DNA of 64,000 nucleotides, taken from NCBI GenBank assembly GCA_965644315.1, contig CBFFRQ010000006.1, forward strand, positions 1-64,000, in the 5' to 3' direction. The notes below the pieces were generated by a model, which was not told where the DNA came from, did no database searches, and saw only the letters and a list, made by a program, of their open reading frames with translations. This DNA is from Caecitellus pseudoparvulus (taxonomy: Eukaryota > Protista > Bigyra: Bicosoecida). Positions 59,819 to 64,000 of this stretch are shown piece after piece; within the stretch, counting starts at the first letter, position 1, and every line of letters begins with the position of its first letter. The position numbers and the translations under genes are program-made.

Positions 59819-62800
59819 TCAGGTGATCTCAGTTGCGCAGCATGCCACCAGGAACGCTGCCCTGCAGCAGTGGTCGCCTCTCTCCTCCAGCAGCGACAGC
59901 ACGTTGCCGAAAGTCACCTTCCACGACTTCAACTCTGGATCTGCAGGGCTTGCTGCAGCACCTCTGGTGTCTGGTGGGACATCGCAAATCCGCTTAAGAA
60001 CTGCGCTCAAGCCCTCTGCTGAAGGAGCAGCGTCAGCGTTGACCCAGACGTGCGACCCTGCTCCAAGGAGCACAGTGCAAGTGCCTTCGCGGAGAGCAGC
60101 CTCCAGCTCAGACACTCCACAGTGAACCAGGCCAGACAACACAAAGCTCTCCAACCCAATATTGTTCAGGCTCATCCCGCATTCCTCAGCAGTCGCACAT
60201 ACGCCGAGAATCTTGACACACAGCTGCTGCTTCAGCTCTTTGTGCAGGTCAGTCCAGTGCGGATCACCCACAAGCACACTCAATGGCACTGCACGATCAC
60301 AGAACACCTGAAGTGTGAGCCCTGACATGGGCCCTAAAGGGTCCTCTTGCCCTGTGCCTCCGCATGTGTGGACACACGAAAAGTAGCGCACCCGCTGCGA
60401 CATGCGGGGAAGTCCCAGGCTTTCCCGCACACGGTTGAACGTGTCACTGGCACCCACGCACTCCTGAACGCGCTTGGCACCCGCCAATAGGCTTGACGTC
60501 CAGGTACACACTTCTTCGCTTGTTGTTATCGAATCAGGTTCCAGGAACTCTTTCACTTGCAGCACTTGCATGTCCTGGCTCTCATACACTGACACTTCAC
60601 CTGACTCGTCAAGCCCGCCCAGAGGTCGCAATCTGGAACTACGAGTTGCTGGGGCAGGGCCCAGGGAAGTATGCAACTTGCTGATTGCATCTGCGACAGC
60701 TTCCAGCTGTTCAGCGGCCTCTACGCTTCCAAGCTCTTCTGGGCTTGATGATCGCAGCCAAAATGCTTGATGCTTCAAGCTTCGGAGAGCGCCGTCAACA
60801 GCTTGTGACTCTTGTGCGTGGGCCGACGCACCGCCCTGTGTTGGTTGTGCTGCTTGTGGGAAGTCTTGCCTGTCAAGCCACCACAGAGTCAAGTCTGCCA
60901 GTGTTCCTTCGAAACTGTTGCGTCCGGGTCGGACGCTGCACCATGCATCCACCACAGGCCCAAGGCTCAAGCGGATGGGCGGCATGCCGACGGCCCCCTC
61001 GCTGTGCCCAGCTTGACGCACAACTTCGATTGATGAAAAACAACGGGATGCCAGGAACTCAAGTGCAGAACGAGCTTCCTTCCTTCCTGGCTGAGAGCGC
61101 AGAGCTTGAGCATGCACACCGAGAGCCATGCCAGCAGCATGGAGCAGGCGCTGCAAGTCCCTTGCAGTCCTCATAGGCTCTACCTTCTCAGTGTGAACAT
61201 CCCAGTGGTGTTCAATGTGCGCGAACTTCTGGAGCGCGAAGGTCAATGCCTCAATTTGACGAGGGCTCAAATCAAGGTTGTTGAGGCAGTTTCCGAAAGA
61301 AGGTAGCATACTGCAGCCCGAACCGGCACTCGGTGTTGTTGTTGAGCAGTCTTGAGAGGTGGTTCGGGAGCCCTCGCGTGGTTCGATCGAGGTGCCGGGA
61401 CTTCCAAGTGTTTGCTCTGCCGCACTGCCACTGAAGGACGTGGCACTGCCAGAGAACAACAAGGCAGGCAGGGGAGCTTCTGACCTGACCAACCAGTCAC
61501 GGAAAAGGCTATTCTTGTGATCAACCAAGTGCTTCAGGTCCAGTGGCGACACATGCGATCGAGCCAGTGTCGCAACTTGAGCCTCAGCCGCCTCAAACCA
61601 TTCCTCGAGGCTTACACTGTCGTCCGGAAGAGGAGCTCGTATGCCGACTTGCCCTTCGCTTGAGCTGAAGGGGTGTCCGTTAGAACACCACACTACCCAG
61701 GATCTCAGAGCCTGGACTTTGGCTCTCACCTGTTCAACCATGAATGTTCCGTCCATTGCTGTTTTGAGAATCTCCTCTGACTTCATGAGCGCGACACACA
61801 TGATACGCTGCAGTTCGGAATCCTCTTCAAGGGTCTGTCGATCGTGCATCGTCATGCTACCTTGGCAAAGGTGCTCGTACATCTTGCTAACAGGCATAAG
61901 CACAGTGCTCCATACTTCAGAAAGCACTTCAGCCAAACTGCAGGTGCTGGTCACTCCGTGCTCTGCTGCCTCTGAAGCAGCTTTCTGTATCGTGAGAACC
62001 GGAACTGGTTCCTGGCCGAATTCGTCAGTAATGGATACATATACTCCTTCACTGGCCGACACGTTGAGCAGCGTGCACAGATCCTCAAACCCAGCCACAC
62101 GGAGCAGCACCCACGGGTTCGACCGTGGCAGCTCAAGCAGGGCAGCCACGCCCAGCATCAAGCGTGGCAGACATGCCGGACGCCGCACACGGCGTCCGCA
62201 GCCATCATGAGTCAGCAACTGGGAGATGGCACGCCCTTGTGATCTTTCGTCATGTGCAGCACACCAATGGCGTGACAGGCGACTAGCAACAGCCGCAGCG
62301 AAGATGATGTACGCCCACGGCAGACTGCCTGCCTCAGACTGCACCTGGACCTGCTCAGCAGTATGCAGATCCCTCATTGCTTCTCCATCCACTCCAGCAT
62401 GCTCGTGCGATCCCGCACACTCGCAGATTGTCTGGCAGCTGGTGTCCAGAACTCTGGCTAGGTCCACTTCGAACGTTTCAGACTGTGCTGCGCCTGTGGA
62501 TGGTGTGAACACCTCCCGTGACAGCTCCACCACACGCTCGGACAGCAGCAGCAAGTGTGTCGCGGTGAGAACGCGGTTGCTGGATCGTGAGCGAGCGGGG
62601 GCGCGCCGTGTGTCGGGAGGGAGGTTGGCCTCAGCACTGGCCAGCCAGGCCTCCAGGCACAAAAGCAAGCACTGCTGCTTGGATGACGGGTCTTGTCCAC
62701 GGGAGCACGTGGCCGCAACGACCAGCCCTGCACCTGCTGCGAAAGCCACCAAGTCCCCTCCAGCACCGGAGCGAGCCTCGCACACACAGCAGTAGCTGTA

Positions 62801-64000
62801 GAAGTGCCACATCCACTGTCCAACGAAGGCACAGCTTTCCTCCAGCGTGGGACAACGACTGGCCACCTGAATGGCCGAAGCAGGCGTCATTCCTACCATG
62901 CTACTGGGCTGCGCGGCAGACTCGCCAACAGCCGTCGCAAGCCTATCATACCAGGCTTCCTGCTGCCAGGCTTTGGCGCTGCCCCCAGCCCCAAGCCAGG
63001 TCTCCATTTCACGAACGAAGTTGGCCACTTGGTCTTCAGGAACACCAAGGTGTGTCCCCTGCAGCATGTCACGAAAGACTCCGTCATAGGCTTCAACCTG
63101 TGGAGCTGCTGACCCTGGACCGACGTCCTCAGCAGCACCTTCAGCTGCAGCATGGCCTCCACCTCGGCTCCGGGCCAGAGATTGCCCTAGCCCTTGCAGA
63201 GCCTCGGCCAAACATACCACATCGTCGCGTGCGAGCACACCCAGTCCAAACACGGATGTGACGAGCTCGTGCATGTTCTCCACGCGTGACTCGGCATCGG
63301 TGTTGAGCAAGATGCCCACGAAGGCGGGTTCTGCCAACAGAGCTCGCAGCTCAGCCCACTGGGCCCGCAAAGTCTGCCCAGCACTCCAGGCAGCTTGGAA
63401 GCGCTGCGCAGTAGCAACAAACATTGGAAGAAGTAGCTCGCCTTCAGGAAGGGAGAGGCTTTGAACACGTGCAAGAGCAAACAGGCAGCCAAGGACCTGT
63501 GCTGGCGCAAGGCCGGAGTGTAGCGACATGAAGTCTACCTGTGGTTGTTGCACCATGTACGATACTGCTTCCTGGTCTGTGATCTGCTCTTCGAGCAAAC
63601 CACACTTCTCCATGGATGCGCGCACACAGAAGAACACCAAAGTCACAGCCAGCAGCTGTCGAGGAGTTCGCAACAGCACACGCAAACAAGCCTTTGCTGT
63701 TTGTTGCGGAAACACTACGCTATACAACGAAGCATGAAGAGTGTTCAGAATGGCAGGATCAAGTCCAACTGCTTCCGCGACAAGCCTCAGCGCTGCTTCA
63801 CAGGAGCTGCCATCTGGACCCAGCACTAGGGTCTCCATGTTCTGCAGCCACAGAGTGTGTGCAGTTGCTCCAGCCACAGCCGCACCTCGCAGCTTGGGCC
63901 CGTGCTGCCTGGCCAAATCAGACATCTGCACTGCAGCAAGCACTGCTGGCATGATGCTGATGTGTAGCAGGAGGTTCTGACTCATGCTTGGTCGTTGCGT
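59819..64000 (-). CDS. Large hypothetical protein (at least 1388 aa, may start beyond the window) with a possible degenerate kinase-like C-terminus
   Basis: Uninterrupted ORF whose frame stays open from the ATG at 63985 to the window edge. Confidence 0.65.
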   Translation of the reverse strand, partial: TQRPSMSQNLLLHISIMPAVLAAVQMSDLARQHGPKLRGAAVAGATAHTLWLQNMETLVLGPDGSSCEAALRLVAEAVGLDPAILNTLHASLYSVVFPQQTAKACLRVLLRTPRQLLAVTLVFFCVRASMEKCGLLEEQITDQEAVSYMVQQPQVDFMSLHSGLAPAQVLGCLFALARVQSLSLPEGELLLPMFVATAQRFQAAWSAGQTLRAQWAELRALLAEPAFVGILLNTDAESRVENMHELVTSVFGLGVLARDDVVCLAEALQGLGQSLARSRGGGHAAAEGAAEDVGPGSAAPQVEAYDGVFRDMLQGTHLGVPEDQVANFVREMETWLGAGGSAKAWQQEAWYDRLATAVGESAAQPSSMVGMTPASAIQVASRCPTLEESCAFVGQWMWHFYSYCCVCEARSGAGGDLVAFAAGAGLVVAATCSRGQDPSSKQQCLLLCLEAWLASAEANLPPDTRRAPARSRSSNRVLTATHLLLLSERVVELSREVFTPSTGAAQSETFEVDLARVLDTSCQTICECAGSHEHAGVDGEAMRDLHTAEQVQVQSEAGSLPWAYIIFAAAVASRLSRHWCAAHDERSQGRAISQLLTHDGCGRRVRRPACLPRLMLGVAALLELPRSNPWVLLRVAGFEDLCTLLNVSASEGVYVSITDEFGQEPVPVLTIQKAASEAAEHGVTSTCSLAEVLSEVWSTVLMPVSKMYEHLCQGSMTMHDRQTLEEDSELQRIMCVALMKSEEILKTAMDGTFMVEQVRAKVQALRSWVVWCSNGHPFSSSEGQVGIRAPLPDDSVSLEEWFEAAEAQVATLARSHVSPLDLKHLVDHKNSLFRDWLVRSEAPLPALLFSGSATSFSGSAAEQTLGSPGTSIEPREGSRTTSQDCSTTTPSAGSGCSMLPSFGNCLNNLDLSPRQIEALTFALQKFAHIEHHWDVHTEKVEPMRTARDLQRLLHAAGMALGVHAQALRSQPGRKEARSALEFLASRCFSSIEVVRQAGHSEGAVGMPPIRLSLGPVVDAWCSVRPGRNSFEGTLADLTLWWLDRQDFPQAAQPTQGGASAHAQESQAVDGALRSLKHQAFWLRSSSPEELGSVEAAEQLEAVADAISKLHTSLGPAPATRSSRLRPLGGLDESGEVSVYESQDMQVLQVKEFLEPDSITTSEEVCTWTSSLLAGAKRVQECVGASDTFNRVRESLGLPRMSQRVRYFSCVHTCGGTGQEDPLGPMSGLTLQVFCDRAVPLSVLVGDPHWTDLHKELKQQLCVKILGVCATAEECGMSLNNIGLESFVLSGLVHCGVSELEAALREGTCTVLLGAGSHVWVNADAAPSAEGLSAVLKRICDVPPDTRGAAASPADPELKSWKVTFGNVLSLLEERGDHCCRAAFLVACCATEIT

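Noticed and set aside
1-64000. CRISPR array, rRNA/tRNA genes, prophage or endogenous virophage/Polinton
   Set aside because: No regularly spaced direct repeats, no rRNA or tRNA signatures, and no capsid, packaging-ATPase or pPolB motifs or extended AT-rich island. The DNA is intron-containing eukaryotic sequence throughout.

Overview
Gene-dense, GC-rich eukaryotic genomic DNA, probably from a flagellated protist (stramenopile-like; this taxonomy is inferred). Introns are short GT-AG (about 55-130 nt), spacers between convergent genes are very short, and no rRNA, tRNA or CRISPR array is recognisable. About 21 host genes are present: an ODF3/SHIPPO-repeat protein (partial), a small ER membrane protein, a large LRR protein, proteasome ATPase RPT3, an ELO fatty-acid elongase, an SVIP-like lipidated protein, a ~4,195-aa FG-GAP/Cys-rich/multi-TM surface protein, a YbjN-like protein, a Zn(II)2Cys6 transcription factor, mitochondrial uL4, CTF8, a very large coiled-coil protein, HSD17B10, a GST-like::ProX fusion, a nicotinamidase with an extra N-terminal domain, SNF8/VPS22, a PPR-like protein, an atypical SDR and several unknowns. 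The main accessory feature is an apparently intact 4,540-bp PIF/Harbinger-(IS5)-like DNA transposon at 26898-31437. It has perfect 24-bp TIRs, an apparent 4-bp CCAA target duplication, a DDE transposase with a probable spliced C-terminal extension and a convergent second gene, and it sits just upstream of the Zn2Cys6 gene. A second signal is the motif AATGCA shortly after stop codons, written as the palindrome AATGCATT in four very short convergent spacers, which is a candidate 3'-end/polyadenylation signal. All family assignments come from motif recognition by eye, not database searches.
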